A DNA stretch of 64,000 nt from Octopus sinensis. Taxonomy: Eukaryota. Both the position numbers and the translations under genes were made by a program. The stretch is from assembly GCF_006345805.1 (NCBI RefSeq), contig NC_043007.1, forward strand, positions 19,406,001-19,470,000, written 5' to 3'. This document shows, one piece after another, positions 12,072-24,322 of this stretch (positions are counted from its first letter, which is position 1; the number at the start of each line of letters is the position of its first letter). The notes beneath the pieces were generated by a model that was given only the letters and a program-made list of their open reading frames with translations, had not been told where the DNA came from and made no database searches.

Positions 12072-13986
12072 ATTCACACATGCCTTACACACATATACTC
12101 ATACATACACACATATATGATTACATACACACACACACACACATGCATACAGGCTTGCATGCACATTACATGTGCTTGCACACGTACACACACACACACA
12201 CACACAAAGAATCGAAAAGAATTGTAAATTGCAGACAGTTTATTTAGAACCAGATTAATCAAGGTGAGATATTTATTTTTTTTAAGATGGAAAGGTGTAA
12301 ATTAACTCTTTTCATAGCAACCCACCAGGGACCAACCTTAGTTCCATCATATGAACTTAGTGTTTTAAAACATTCTAAATTAAAAGCTTTCATCAAAATT
12401 TCTTGCTAATTTCATTACAAACATCAGCTTAATAACAACAATTGTCATTTTACTAAATTCTTCATTCTTTAAAAAATTTATTGAAACAAAATCTGTGAAT
12501 TTTGACAGACATCATCATCATCATCACCATCGAATGTCTGTTTTCCATGCTGGCATGGGTTGGACAGTTCGAAAGAAGATGGTGAACAAGAGAACTGCAC
12601 CCAGCTCCAGTGTCTGTTTTGGCAGGATTTCTATGATTGGGGGCCCTGTCTAATGCTAATCCCTTCTTTTTATGAGTGACCTGAGTACTTTTTATGTGGT
12701 AATGACACCAGAGGGGTCATCAAGAAACTCGTAAGACGAAATGAAAGAGACAAGGGATATTTAGTTGTTATTTCTAGCCTATCAAGCAATGAATAAAGGC
12801 CTCTTGCCTTATAAAGCTTTGTTCAGTCACCCCAGTCATACATACATACATACATATACATACATACATACATACATACATGCATGCATGCATGCATGCA
12901 TGTATACTTATATATATTTGACACTGGATTACTAGAATTGGTAGAAAGACAAAATGCATTGCACTGATGGTTGCTTTCCAAGTTCAAATCCCACCCAGGA
13001 TGATTTCACCTTCCCTTCATTCTGAGGTCACTAAAATATAAGTAAGTACCAGCTTTTCAAGTACCAGGATCAATATATCTGTCTGCACACCAGCATGGCA
13101 ACAGATCAATAACTGAAACCAAGTAAAAGTGTTGAAGAACATATATATGTACATGTGTGTGTATGTGTCTGTACTTGTAAATATATATATATTTATTTAT
13201 TTATTTATTTATTATATATATATATATTTATTTATATATATATATTTATTTATATATATTTATTTATATATATATTTGTTTATTTATATATATATTTATT
13301 TATATATATATACACACACACACACACATACATACACACATAAAATGTATAGTGTTATCATCATCATCATCATAATTATCTTTGTTTCACGTCTGCTTTC
13401 CATGTTCACATGGACTAGACAGGATGTCATAGTTGGAGGTCAAAAGGACAATATTTTGCTTGCTCTTCAGTTTTAACAGAGTTCCTGTGGTCGGATGGCC
13501 TTCCTAACACCAACTATTTTTTCAGAGCATACTATATGTGGCTTTTTCATGGCACCAGCACAAGAGAAGCTTCTGCGTCCTCGGCAATATAAAAGAGGGA
13601 TCACAACATTACTCACTTCACAGTGTACTGAATGTGTTTTCCATGAATCCAGAGAAGTACTAAAGGGGTGGTCATGTCCTTAAGAGGTGGCCTAAATACA
13701 TCTAAAAGGGCATTGTGATTCCATATCTCTGCTTGTTTGTCAACCCTGTCCACAGAGAGCGATGCATATGTGATAGAGGCATAAATATTAGTGATAAGCG
13801 GAGGTCACAGTATTGCGAGATAAGCATCATGATTTGTAGGAACTGCAAGATATAGATAATGGTGATAAGATGCTCAACTAGAGAGGAAAGAATGATGACA
13901 AAGGAACATGACGGAGCAAATAGACCAATGATACGGACCCAGGATGTATGGAGATAAAAGGAAAAAGAACATGCTGGTATATGCAA

Positions 13987-14150
13987 ATGAATATATCATG
14001 ATGATGAGATGAATATATTATGATGATGTGATGAATATATTATGATGATGAGATGGATATATTAAGATGATGAGATTGATATATTATGATGATGAGATGA
14101 ATATATTATGATGATGAATATATTATGATAATATATTATATTATGATGTA
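13987..14150. repeat. 22-bp minisatellite ATGAATATATTATGATGATGAG (about 6 units)
   Basis: Units start at 13987, 14009, 14031, 14053, 14075 and 14097. Confidence 0.9.
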
Positions 14151-14487
14151 ACTGAAGCAGCATTAAGATAGCCCCTTATATATCATAGTTTATGGATATA
14201 CACTGTTGACAGGTGACATTCTTCAGGTCTTTATGCAGCCTGGAGCCTATTTTTGATGTCCACGAATGAATTACTTAGTGTGGCCTATATACTGGAGGAG
14301 ATATGTCTTGTCTAGGCAAGTGGCTGTGAGTAGATACCATTGATGAGGCCATTGGCCATCTTACCACTGTGTGGTCCAATGTTCAAAAGGTGCTTTTTAC
14401 GTGTCAATTATGTGATATCATCATCAGCCAAGACTATGATTTCACTTGGCTTCACAGGTCTCCTCAAACACAACATATCGCCAAAAA

Positions 14488-14520
<33 letters not shown>

Positions 14521-14624
14521 CATACATATATATATATATATGCATAAATGTGTATATATGTGTGTGTGTGTGTGTGTGTGTATAAACCTTTCTCTATTTT
14601 CTCTCCCTGTTCATTTCTGTGTTC

Positions 14625-14660
14625 CTTTCTGTCGAAGAGTGTAGGCTCGAAACATAAAAT
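14625..14660 (+). ncRNA. Decayed hammerhead-like motif in a Penelope-type repeat (about 14590-14760)
   Basis: CTTT-CTGTCGA-A-GAGT-GTAG-GCTC-GAAAC-ATA-AAAT, a CpG-decayed version of the copy at 58891. Confidence 0.55.
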
Positions 14661-14756
14661 ACTTCCTCACTTCCCGAGCGTTAAACTAATACATCTGTTT
14701 GTTGTTTACACACCCGACTTCATCTTTTGTTTTGTTTGTTTTTTTTTGTAAATTCC

Positions 14757-14799
<43 letters not shown>

Positions 14800-14802
<3 letters not shown>

Positions 14803-15075
14803 GGTGTATCTCAAAAATAAAAAAAAACAAAAGTTTTACTGTTAATAATTTACATTCCATTTTTTTCATTTGACCCATTAGAAATAATGAAAGGAACCAG
14901 GCTAAGCTTTGAACAAATGAAATATGTCCTAAAGGGCTACTGGGAGTTTGTAGATGTAGTTGAAGTGCAAAGAAGACCCTTCAGAAGGGAGTCTGAAACA
15001 GATCCATCAGCTTAACCTTCCTTTGAATTAGAGATAAATTTGGAGCAATGGAAATGTTCAAAATGTCCACAGCAA
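14800..15075 (+). mobile_element. 5' fragment of a Tc1/mariner-superfamily transposon (DUF4817-like HTH start, pseudogenised)
   Basis: TA followed by CAGGGTGT TIR start. ATG at 14887 gives MKGTRLSFEQMKYVLKGYWEFVDVVEVQRR..., then frameshifted IRDKF..GNVQNVH. Confidence 0.75.
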
Positions 15076-15780
15076 ATTTAAAGTGCCTTGACTGTAACTA
15101 AACAAGTTTACTCAACCGTGTCGGCCTCCTTTTTAGGTGCAAAATATACTCTCATGTGACACTAACACAGGGATATAGCTCGGGGGGGGGGCGTATAAAA
15201 GGTTCTAAATTTAATCATGTGATAATTCTCTGCAAACATTTGATAGAAAACATTCAGAGCAGTGATTGTATAGACATGTTCAGTCAACTGTGTCAGCCTT
15301 AACTTAAACATTGCCACTTGATACTAACACACTGGTGCAGTGGGGAATCTAGAAAAATTTCTAAGACCAGTCATGTGACTATCCTCTACCAATCAAATCC
15401 TATTTAAAACTTACACTAATTTGAGCCATGAACTCCCTATAAAAATAGGGCAAGCTTCAAACACTGGTCAGAAGCAAGATATATTTCTTTATTGCCCACA
15501 AGGGGCTAAACATAGAGTGGACAAACAAAGACAGACAAACGGATTAAGTCGATTACATCGACCCCAGTGCGTAACTGGTACTTAATTTATCGACCCCGAA
15601 AGGATGAAAGGCAAAGTTGACCTTGGCGGAATTTGAACTCAGAACGTAACGGCAGACGAAATACGGCTAAGCATTTCGCCCGGAATGCTAACGTTTCTGC
15701 CAAAACAAGATAGCTGGGTCTTTCTATTTCAACAACTTTTTGAAAATCCCTGTAAACTGAGAAATTGGTTAAATCCTTAA
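15075..15780 (+). mobile_element. Penelope-like pseudo-LTR, second copy of 42120-42650, interrupted by SINE A (15483-15701, minus)
   Basis: Collinear with the reverse complement of 42180-42650 (ACCAATCAAATCCTAT, GCCATGAACTCCCTATAAAA, GGGCAAGCTTCAAACAC). Degenerate hammerhead at 15736-15773. Confidence 0.85.
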
Positions 15781-16242
15781 CGATAGTGTAACCTTAAGGC
15801 ATCTTCGACCTGATAAGTAGCTGGTTGAGTATCCCTTGTCCAGTAATTATTGCATCAAAAGATCTGCTAGCTAGGAAACATATGTAGCCTGGATTTTACC
15901 TGCTCCACTCATCATCATCGTTTAACGTTTGTTTTCCATGCTGGCATGGGTTGGATGGTTTGATTGAGGGCTGGCAGGCCAGGAGGCTGCACCAGGCTCC
16001 AATCTGATCTGGCAGAGTTTCTACAGCTGGATGCCCTTCCTAACGCCAACCACTCAAAAAGTGTAGTGGGAGCTTTTTACGTGCCACCGGTATGAGGGCC
16101 AATCAGGCGATACTGGCATCGGCCATGCTTGGATGGTGCTTTTCATGTGCCAAAAAATATTTTAACTATTCTCAGCACATCTTCAACATCTATTTTTTCT
16201 CTATGTCTACCCGTGTGGAACAAAATAATTAATTTTTCTATA

Positions 16243-16529
16243 TTCTTTTATCCTTTTTCTTGCTTCAGTTATTTGACTGCAGCCATGCTGGAGCACCACC
16301 TTTAGTCAAACAAATAAGCCCCAGGACTTATTTTTTGTAAGCCTAGTACATCATATATATATATATGATGATCTTTTTTCAGTTTCCATCTACCAAATTC
16401 ACTCACAAGGCTTTGGTTGGCCCGAGGCTATAGTAGAAGACACTTGCCCAAGGTGCCACGTAGTGGAAGTGAACCCGTAACCATGTGGTTCGTAAGCAAG
16501 CTACTTACCACACAGCCACTCCTACACCT
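16243..16529 (-). mobile_element. SINE family B with internal deletion
   Basis: Same motifs as 10816-11210. The middle segment is missing. Confidence 0.85.
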
Positions 16530-17557
16530 ATACAGTTACAGAAAAAAATTTATTACATTTCCTTCTGGCCAACTCAGACAGAATCATGATGACACTGTAT
16601 GTCACAATACTGTAGGTTACTGAATTACAGGCAGACCCCCACCCCCACCGGGTGTGCTTCTGCACAGTTTCCATCTATCCACTTTTACTCACAAGGCATG
16701 GATTAACCTGAGGACCTGAAGATATAGAAAATGACATCTGCTCCATGTGCCATACAGTAGAATTGAACCCGGGATCTCATGGTTGTGAAGCAAACTTCAT
16801 AACCATTCAGCTATATGTTACAGATAAAATAATTCCAATCTAAAATGAGGAGGGATGAGGGAATAAAGAAAAACAAAGAATGCTTTATTCACAATGATGT
16901 ATATTCAAATTGTGTCAGATTTGAAGCTAAAGTTTATGAATCTGAGAAATAGAGCAGAAAACCTCTTCTTAGATATAACATTTTAGCAAGGAGATTGTTT
17001 GTGAATAAAGGAAATTTGTTATGGAGAGTCAGTGAGAACATGAGCACTGGTTCGGATTATAAAAAGAGGTGTAGACAATAAAAGTTGTTGTTTGTTTCTT
17101 CTCGAGCCACGCCTGGCTCATAAGGGCCAGTTTCCCAGTTTCCTTGGCGTATAGGTTCCCCACCTGGATGGGACACCGGTCCGTCACACGTGAGCTGCAA
17201 GATGCTGGAGGAAAGAGTGGGAGAAAGTTGTGGCAAAAGAGTCAGCAGAAGTTTCGCCATTACCTTCTGCCGGAGCCGTGTAGAGCTTAGTTAAATGTTT
17301 CGCTCATAAACACACACATCTCCTGGTCTGAGATTCGAACCCGCGATCCCTCGACCACAAGTCCGCTGCTCTAACCACTAGGCCATGTGCCTCCACAGAC
17401 AAAAAGAGTTGGAAATTATGGAGTAGAATGTTATCATTGAAGCGCCTGTGTCTGTGATTCTCACTTTTAATACCTGCACCAGATCCAAAATCTGGATTTT
17501 TTTTGTGGGGATGGGTAAGGGGTGAGGGGCTGCACCAAAAAGGTTACGACAAATCAG

Positions 17558-17965
17558 TTACTCTTTTACTTGTTTCAGTCATTTGACTGTGGCCATGCTG
17601 GAGCACCGCTTTTAGTCGAGCAAATTGACTCCAAGGCTTATTCCTTGTAAGCCTAGTACTTATTCTATTGGTCTCTTTTGCCGAACCGCTAAGTTACGGG
17701 GACGTAAACACACCAGCATCAGTTGTCAAGTGATGTTGGGGGGGGGGGGCAAACACAGACACACAAATATATACACACACACACGTGTATATATATATGT
17801 GCGATGGGCTTCTTTCAGTTTTCGTTTACCAAATTCACTCACAAAGTTTTGGTCGGCCCGAAGCTATAGTAGAAGACACTTGCCCAAGGTGCCACGCAGT
17901 GAGTGTGAACCTGGAACCATGTGATTGGTAAGCAAGCTACTTACCACACAGCCACTCCTACGCCT
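17558..17965 (-). mobile_element. SINE family B, full length
   Basis: Complete head-to-tail match to the family. Confidence 0.9.
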
Positions 17966-18324
17966 ATACAGTTACAGAAAAAAATTTATTACATTTATAG
18001 AGGGAAAACCGTTGGGAACTGCTGCAAACTGCTGATCTATGTAGTCATCCAAATTGCTAGAAACAGCAGCCAAATATTTTTTTCGTACTCTGCAATCTTA
18101 GAAAATGGCAGAACATGCTGCATGACATAGTCCTGAATGTAATAGGTTTGATAAAGATGGGATAACCACAAGGCACAGTCCTTGTTTGTCTGCCTCAATG
18201 AGATCGTTGCCAGAGCAACAAGCTGGTCTTCTTAGCATTTTGCCCAGCATGCTATCAATTCCGCCATCTTAAATAATAATAATAATAAATAATAATAATA
18301 ATAATAATATAATAATAATAATAA

Positions 18325-18787
18325 CCCCTTCTAAAGGCCTGAAATTTTGGTAGGGATGAGGTAGTCGATTACATCAACCTAGTATTTGGCTAGTACTCTA
18401 TTTTATTAACCCTGAAAGGATGATGGGCAAAGTCAACCTCAGTGGAATTTGATCTCAGAACATGAAGAAGCATGAAATGCTGTTAAGCATTTTGTCTGTT
18501 GCACTCAGGATTTTGCCAACTCACATCCTAAATGATGATAATAATAATAATAATAAGGCAGCGAGCTGGCAGAAACGTTTGCACACCGGGCGAAATGCTT
18601 AGCGGTATTGCGTCTGTCGTTGCGTTGTGAGTTCAAATTCCGCCGAGGTCGACTTTGCCTTTCATCCTTTCGGGGTCGATAAATTAAGTACCAGTTACGC
18701 ACTGGGGTCGATGTAATCGACTTAATCCGTTTGTCTGTCCTTGTTTGTCCCCTCTATGTTTAGCCCCTCGTGGGTAATAAAGAAACA
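18325..18787. mobile_element. Head-to-head pair of SINE family A (18325-18530 minus, 18557-18787 plus)
   Basis: Both carry box B and the GTCGATAAATTAAGTACCAG core in opposite orientations, about 26 nt apart. Confidence 0.85.
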
Positions 18788-18817
<30 letters not shown>

Positions 18818-18818
<1 letters not shown>

Positions 18819-19134
18819 TGTATTGAAAGGGATTTTTGGGGTTTGAATAATTCACCTTTGGAAACATGGGTGTTTCATTCAACATCCTTAAACAACCCTT
18901 ATTCAGGGACCTTTTGAGCAGGATGGGTTACTTGACCAGAAGAAAATTCTAACCGGGCCTCACCTGCAAGGTCATGCGCTGTTTGTCTTGATATGAGATC
19001 ACCATGTCACACACATATGATTGTGATGCATGTGCCTGGTGTACCCTTATCAGATGGGTAGTCATGATGGGTATACTGGGCTTCGTATATTTTACCCCAG
19101 TGTCACTTTGATGGCATGTTCTGCTCTCTCACTC
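18818..19134 (+). mobile_element. Unclassified 317-bp element flanked on both sides by (AAT)n
   Basis: Complex sequence ending CTCTCTCACTC-(AAT)n. Strand inferred by analogy with the neighbouring Dong-like 3' ends. Confidence 0.5.
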
Positions 19135-19170
<36 letters not shown>

Positions 19171-19697
19171 CTTTTCTACTATAGGCACAAGGCCTGAACT
19201 TTTGGGAGAGGGGTCAGTCATTTACATAACACCAGAGCTCGACTTGTGCTTATCTGATTGACCTTGAAAGGCTAAAAAGTGAAGTGACCTTGGCAGCATT
19301 TGAACTCGGAATCAAAAGCTGGAAGAAATGCTGCTGAGCATTTTCTCTGGCATCTAAATGATTCTGCCACCTCACTGGCTTAGTAATAATAAGGGTTTCA
19401 CATTTTGGCACGGGCTAGCGATTTTAGGGAAAGGGATACGGGATCAACCGGTACTTATCGACCCCGAAAGGATGAAAGGCAAATTCTGCCACGGTGGAAT
19501 TTGAACCCAGAACATAAAGACGGAAGAATTGCCATTCGACATTTTACCCAGAAGTAATGGCATTAAGCATTTTGCTAACGATTCTGTCAGTTCACAACCT
19601 TAATAATAATAATAATATAATAATAATGATAATACAACAATCTCACGATATTTTATACTGTGCGACGTTTATAATAATAATGATAATAATAATAATA

Positions 19698-19911
19698 AAA
19701 CATTCAGACAAATGCATAACAAAAGCACCGGGACTTACAAGTATATATAACATACAGAAAATAGCACTGCTAGGCACTGCACACGTCCTACACAAAACCC
19801 TTTCAATACAGTGAAAATAAGAGCATCACAACAAACCACAGCACATACCCAAGGCACACAGTGCTGCGCTCGGTAGTGAAGTGAAAGCACGCTATAAAAA
19901 TAAAACTACTG
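19698..19911 (+). mobile_element. 3' end of an R4/Dong-clade LINE inserted in (TAA)n
   Basis: KHSDKCITKAPGLTSIYNIQKIALLGTAHVLHKTLSIQ* matches the recalled C-terminal IQK.ALLGTA.ILRK.L motif. A short 3'UTR then (AAT)n follows. A second 3'UTR-only copy is at 19965-20061. Confidence 0.85.
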
Positions 19912-20076
19912 AATAATAATAATAATAATAATAATGATAATAATAATAATAATAATAATAATAACCATCAGAGCATCACAACAAATCACAGCACATACCC
20001 AAGGCACACAGTGCTGTGCTCAGTAGTGCAGTGAAAGTACGTGATAAGAACAAGACTACTGAATAATATGCTGAGA

Positions 20077-20401
20077 TTCCTTCGGTCATGACTGATCATG
20101 GAATTGCACCTAGAAAGTTACCCTCCCAGGCACAAGTCTGGGCAAGGTTGTTTAAGGAAGACCAGCAGTCGCCCATGCATACTGGCCTTCTCTCTCCAAG
20201 CCACTGATGTTATCCAAGGGAAAGGCAAAGGGGCCGATACAGCTTGGCACCTGTGACGTTGCATCTCATTTCTACAGCTGAGTGAACTGGAGCAACGGGG
20301 AATAAAGTGTCTTGCTGAAGAACACAACATGCAGCCAGGTTTGGGATACGAACTCACAACGTCACGATCATAAGCTCGACACTCTAACCACTGAGCCATG
20401 A
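20077..20401 (-). mobile_element. tRNA-derived SINE family G
   Basis: Minus strand CATGGCTCAGTGGTTAGAGTGTCG...GAGTTCGTATCCC...GCAAGACACTTTATT...GCTCCAGTTCACTCAGCTGTAGAAATGAG. A copy at 25243-26160+ is interrupted, and a head alone lies at 27876-27953-. Confidence 0.85.
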
Positions 20402-20629
20402 ATAATAATAATAATAATAATGAAAGCAATAGATATAAATAATCCTTTCCCCTGGAGCACAAGGCCTCAAATTTGGGGGAAGGGATTAAGTCGATTACAT
20501 CGACCCCAGTGTGTAACTGGTACTTATTTAATCGACCCCCCACCACCATAAAAAAGGATGAAAGGCAAAGTCGACTTCAGCGGAATTTCAATAGAAATAG
20601 ATAATAAAAACAAAAGTAATAAAAATAAA

Positions 20630-21035
20630 GGCGTAGGAGTGGCTGTGTGGTAAGTAGCTTGCTTACGAACCACATGGTTCCGGGTTCAGTCCCACTGCGT
20701 GGCACCTTGGGCAAGTGTCTTCTACAATAGCCTCAGGCCGACCAAAGCCTTGTGAGTGGATTTGGTAGACGGAAACTGAAAGAAGCCCGTCGTATATATG
20801 TATATATATATATGCGTATGTTTGTGCATTGTGTTCCCCCCCACCCAACATTGCTTGACAACAGATGCTGGTGTGTTTACGTCCCCGTCACTTAGCGGTT
20901 CGGCAAAAGAGACCGATAGAATAAGTAGTAGGCTTACAAAGAATAAGTCCTGGGGTTGATTTGCTCGACTAAAAGCGGTGCTCCAGCATGGCCACAGTCA
21001 AATGACTGAAACAAGTAAATGAGTAAATGAGTAAA
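20630..21035 (+). mobile_element. SINE family B, full length, ending about 44 nt from the PLC exon donor
   Basis: GGCGTAGGAGTGGCTGTGTGGTAAG...AAATGACTGAAACAAGTAAATGAGTAAA. Further copies or halves (approximate): 23240-23700+, 23906-24068+, 24147-24580+, 26625-27027-, 27545-27870-, 32050-32270-, 32300-32620+, 35575-35750+, 35945-36350-, 37225-37345+, 38100-38270+, 43760-43915+, 55140-55548-, 55600-56070-, 58690-59165+, 62620-62790+. Confidence 0.92.
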
Positions 21036-21078
21036 GCAATTAAGAATTAATGATAACGATGAATAAAAGTGAACTTAC

Positions 21079-21162
21079 CTCATCCCAACGGTCAAATGTA
21101 TTTCCTTTTAAGAGGGGATCCGGCACTGGGATGCGCCATTGAAACTCAAAGGGCTTGGCCAT
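21079..21162 (-). CDS. PLCB4: First coding exon of phospholipase C-beta 4 / norpA-like gene (28 codons, phase-0 intron follows)
   Basis: Minus strand reads GGCACC-ATG-GCC... = MAKPFEFQWRIPVPDPLLKGNTFDRWDE, then GAG|GTAAGT donor (21078-21073). Matches the recalled N-termini of human PLCB4 ([28 protein letters not shown], 15/28 identical by eye) and Drosophila NorpA (W.IPVP..L..G..FDRW). An in-frame TAG lies upstream of the ATG in the same exon. Confidence 0.93.
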
Positions 21163-21256
21163 GGTGCCAGGAATGGTCCGTTGCCTCCAGGGACACTAAG
21201 CTGGGGTGGGGGAATCAGTTATCTGTCAAAGAAGGAAAGAGAAACTTCGGATGAGT
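21163..21256 (-). promoter_or_regulatory. 60-nt 5'UTR part of the exon plus splice acceptor and likely branch point
   Basis: Minus strand: TACTCAT (yUnAy, A about 30 nt upstream) ...TTTCTCTTTCCTTCTTTGACAG|ATAACTG. The exon starts at 21222, implying an upstream non-coding exon at higher coordinates. Confidence 0.85.
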
Positions 21257-21289
21257 AACGAGAATCACCGAAATAAGAAATAAAATACA

Positions 21290-21294
21290 TGGAA

Positions 21295-21392
<98 letters not shown>

Positions 21393-21405
21393 TATAATAA
21401 TAGTA
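21290..21405. repeat. (AAT)n microsatellite just upstream of the PLC exon acceptor
   Basis: Directly visible. It reads (ATT)n in the pre-mRNA. Confidence 0.95.
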
Positions 21406-21599
21406 AAAGTAGCAAATGCAGTCGCAATGAGGATAATATTTTTTTTGTTTTTTTGCCTGGTTTTAATGGTTTTAAAGACGTAAGATATTTACTTGCAGGA
21501 CAAATGAGAAGTTGTGATATTCATGTATTTCTTCCGAGTTGCTAGTATCGTAAATGAAGTATTTTCAAGTTGATTTCACAAACCGGTTTTGATTACAAC

Positions 21600-21875
21600 T
21601 AGCAACACACCACCACAACCACCACCACCACCACCACCACTGCTACTAATACTACTACTACTACCACCACCACCACCACCACCACCACTAATACTACTAC
21701 TACCACCACCACCACCACCACCAATACTACTACTACTACCACCACCACCACCACCAATACTACTACTACCACCACCACCACCACCACCAATACTACTACT
21801 ACCACCACCACCACCACCACCACCACTACTACTACTACCACCACCACCAATACTACTACTACCACCACCACCACC

Positions 21876-21916
<41 letters not shown>

Positions 21917-22030
21917 CACCACCACCACCACTATTGCTAGTACAACTTTCATCTGCCACCACCACCACCACCACCACCATTGCTGGTACAGCTTTCATCT
22001 GCCGCCGCCACCACTGCCACCACCACCTCT
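21600..22030. repeat. Alternating (CCA)n/(CTA)n compound microsatellite
   Basis: Directly visible. Source of the poly-Pro, poly-Gly and poly-Val ORFs. Confidence 0.95.
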
Positions 22031-22694
22031 CCTATCACTACTACCCCCATGGGCACCTTAAACAACTGGTGTTACAACCACCCTCACCACATGCCAACAC
22101 CATGAGAATAGAGGGAGCAGAATTATTCAACTGATTACCATAATCCTTTTATCCTTTAGTTGTACAACATAATGTAAACAGAAAGGACTAAGGTTCAATA
22201 CCTGTCACATCCTCAAATTGATGACAGAAAGGCTAAATTTTTTAATTTATCTTGACCACCATCATCATCATTGAAGTGTGACAAATTCAAATATTTGAAT
22301 GCAGCAGTGTTTTTTATCATCATCATCATCATCATCATCATCATCGTCATCATCATTTGTGTCCATTTTCCATGCTGGCATGGGTTGAACTCTTTGACAG
22401 GAGCTGGCAGGGCCAGGCTCGACACCAGGTCCCATTGCTTGCCTTTGGCATGGTTTCTATGGCTGGAAACCCTTCCTAACATGCCAACCACTTTATAGAG
22501 TGTACTGATTGTTTTTATGTGGCACCATCACCAGTGCTTCTTACATGATCGTCCCTGATGCTCTTTGCATCCTTACCAGCATCAGTGGTTTCTATGGCAC
22601 CAGCACTGGGGAATTTGTTTTATTTTTTTTTTTATTATAAAACACCGCCAGCTACTAACAGACCTTTTATGTATTCAATATGTGTGTGTGTGTG

Positions 22695-22728
<34 letters not shown>

Positions 22729-22737
22729 CCTCCTCCT

Positions 22738-23105
22738 CCTCCTCATCATCATCGTTTAGCGTCTGCTTTCCATGCTGGCATGGGTTGGACGGTTCAACTG
22801 GGGTCTGGGAAGCCAGAAGGCTGCACCAGGCCCAGTCTGATCTGGCAATGTTTCTATGGCTGGATGCCCTTCCTAACGCCAACCACTCTGTCAGTGTAGT
22901 GGGTGCTTTTTACGTGCCACCGGCACAGGTGCCAGACGAGGCTGGCAATCGGTCATGATCGGATGGTGCTTTTTACGTGCCACTAGCACGGGGGCCAGGC
23001 GAGGCTGGCAACAGCCACGATCGGATGGAGCTTTTTACGTGCCACTGGCACGAGGCCAGTCGGGGTGGCACTGGCAACAGCCACGTTCGGATGGTTCTCT
23101 TACGT
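22738..23105 (-). mobile_element. RTE 3' end (family D) with four internal core repeats
   Basis: (CAT)n tail at the left. GGTGCTTTTTACGTGCCAC recurs at spacings of about 61-66 bp. Confidence 0.85.
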
Positions 23106-24066
23106 AATATATATATATATATATATATATATAACGAGACATCTGGAGATATGCTGTGACTGTGAAGACCCTGCAAATCAAGTGAGTTCATGGCTGTATC
23201 CTACACCAGTTTCGCATAACCAGCCCCAGCCCATTCAAAAGTACCATGGCTCTATGGGGTTAAGAACTTTTCATTGCAATCAAAGAGTTCTAAGTTCCAA
23301 TCCAATTGCATGGCACCATGAACAAATGCCTTTTACTGGAACCACCGGTTGACCAATATCTTGTAAATGAAATTTTGTGGACAGGAACCGTAGAGAAGTG
23401 CGTATTGTGTAGACATATGTGTGATGTATGTAAGCATGTGCTTATGTGTGGTTATATGTGTATGTGGGTGTGTCTTTTGTGTGTGTGTGTTTGTCCACAC
23501 CATCACTTGACAACCGGTGTTGGTGTGTTTACATCTCCGTAACTTAGTGGTTTGGTAAAAGAGATTTATAGAAAAAGTGAGAGGCGTTAATAAAAAAAAG
23601 TATTGGGGTTGATTTGTTTGACTAAAAATTTTCAAGGCGGTGCTACAGCTTGGCCACAGTCTGATGACTGAAACAAGTAAAAGGTGAAAGATAAAGGATA
23701 AAAGATGTTAAAAGCACACTGAGTGCAGATGACACCTAATGAGGACAATGATGACGATGACGACAAGAACAATTGTGATGACAACACCGACGATGACAAT
23801 GATGATGATGATAATGACGATGATGATGACAATGATCTATTCTGACTGTTGTCATTGAGCACTCTAACTCAAGACTCTCTTTTCTACAGAGAATTCAGTA
23901 AAATAGGCGTAGGAGAGGCTGTGTGGTAAGTAGCTTGCTTACCAACCACATGGCTCCGGGTTCATTCCCACTGCATGGCACCTTGGGCAAGTGTCTTCTA
24001 CTATAGCCTCGGGCCGACCAAAGCCTTGTGAGTGGATTTGGTAGACGGAAACCGAAAGAAGCCCAT

Positions 24067-24130
<64 letters not shown>

Positions 24131-24322
24131 TAGAGAGAGAGAGGGAGGTGCAGGAGTGGCTTGTGGTAAGAAGCTTGCTTACCAACTACATGGTTCTGGG
24201 TTCATTCCCACTGCTTGGCACCTTGGGCAAGTGTCTTCTACTATAGCCTCGGGCCGACCAAAGCCTTGCGAGTGGATTTGGTAGACGGAAACTGAAAGAA
24301 GCCCATCGCATATATGTATATG

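Noticed and set aside
1-21072. Second coding exon of the PLC gene
   Set aside because: Searched by eye for a minus-strand KVDE.GFF..W-type exon and found none. It is probably outside the window, but a TBLASTN is needed to be sure.
21589-22134. Proline-rich (extensin/formin-like) ORF
   Set aside because: Pure (CCA)n/(CTA)n microsatellite.
23657-23684. CTGATGA-CT-GAAAC-AA-GTA hammerhead look-alike
   Set aside because: No stem II or stem I. It is a point variant of the SINE B tail CAGTCAAATGACTGAAACAAGTA.
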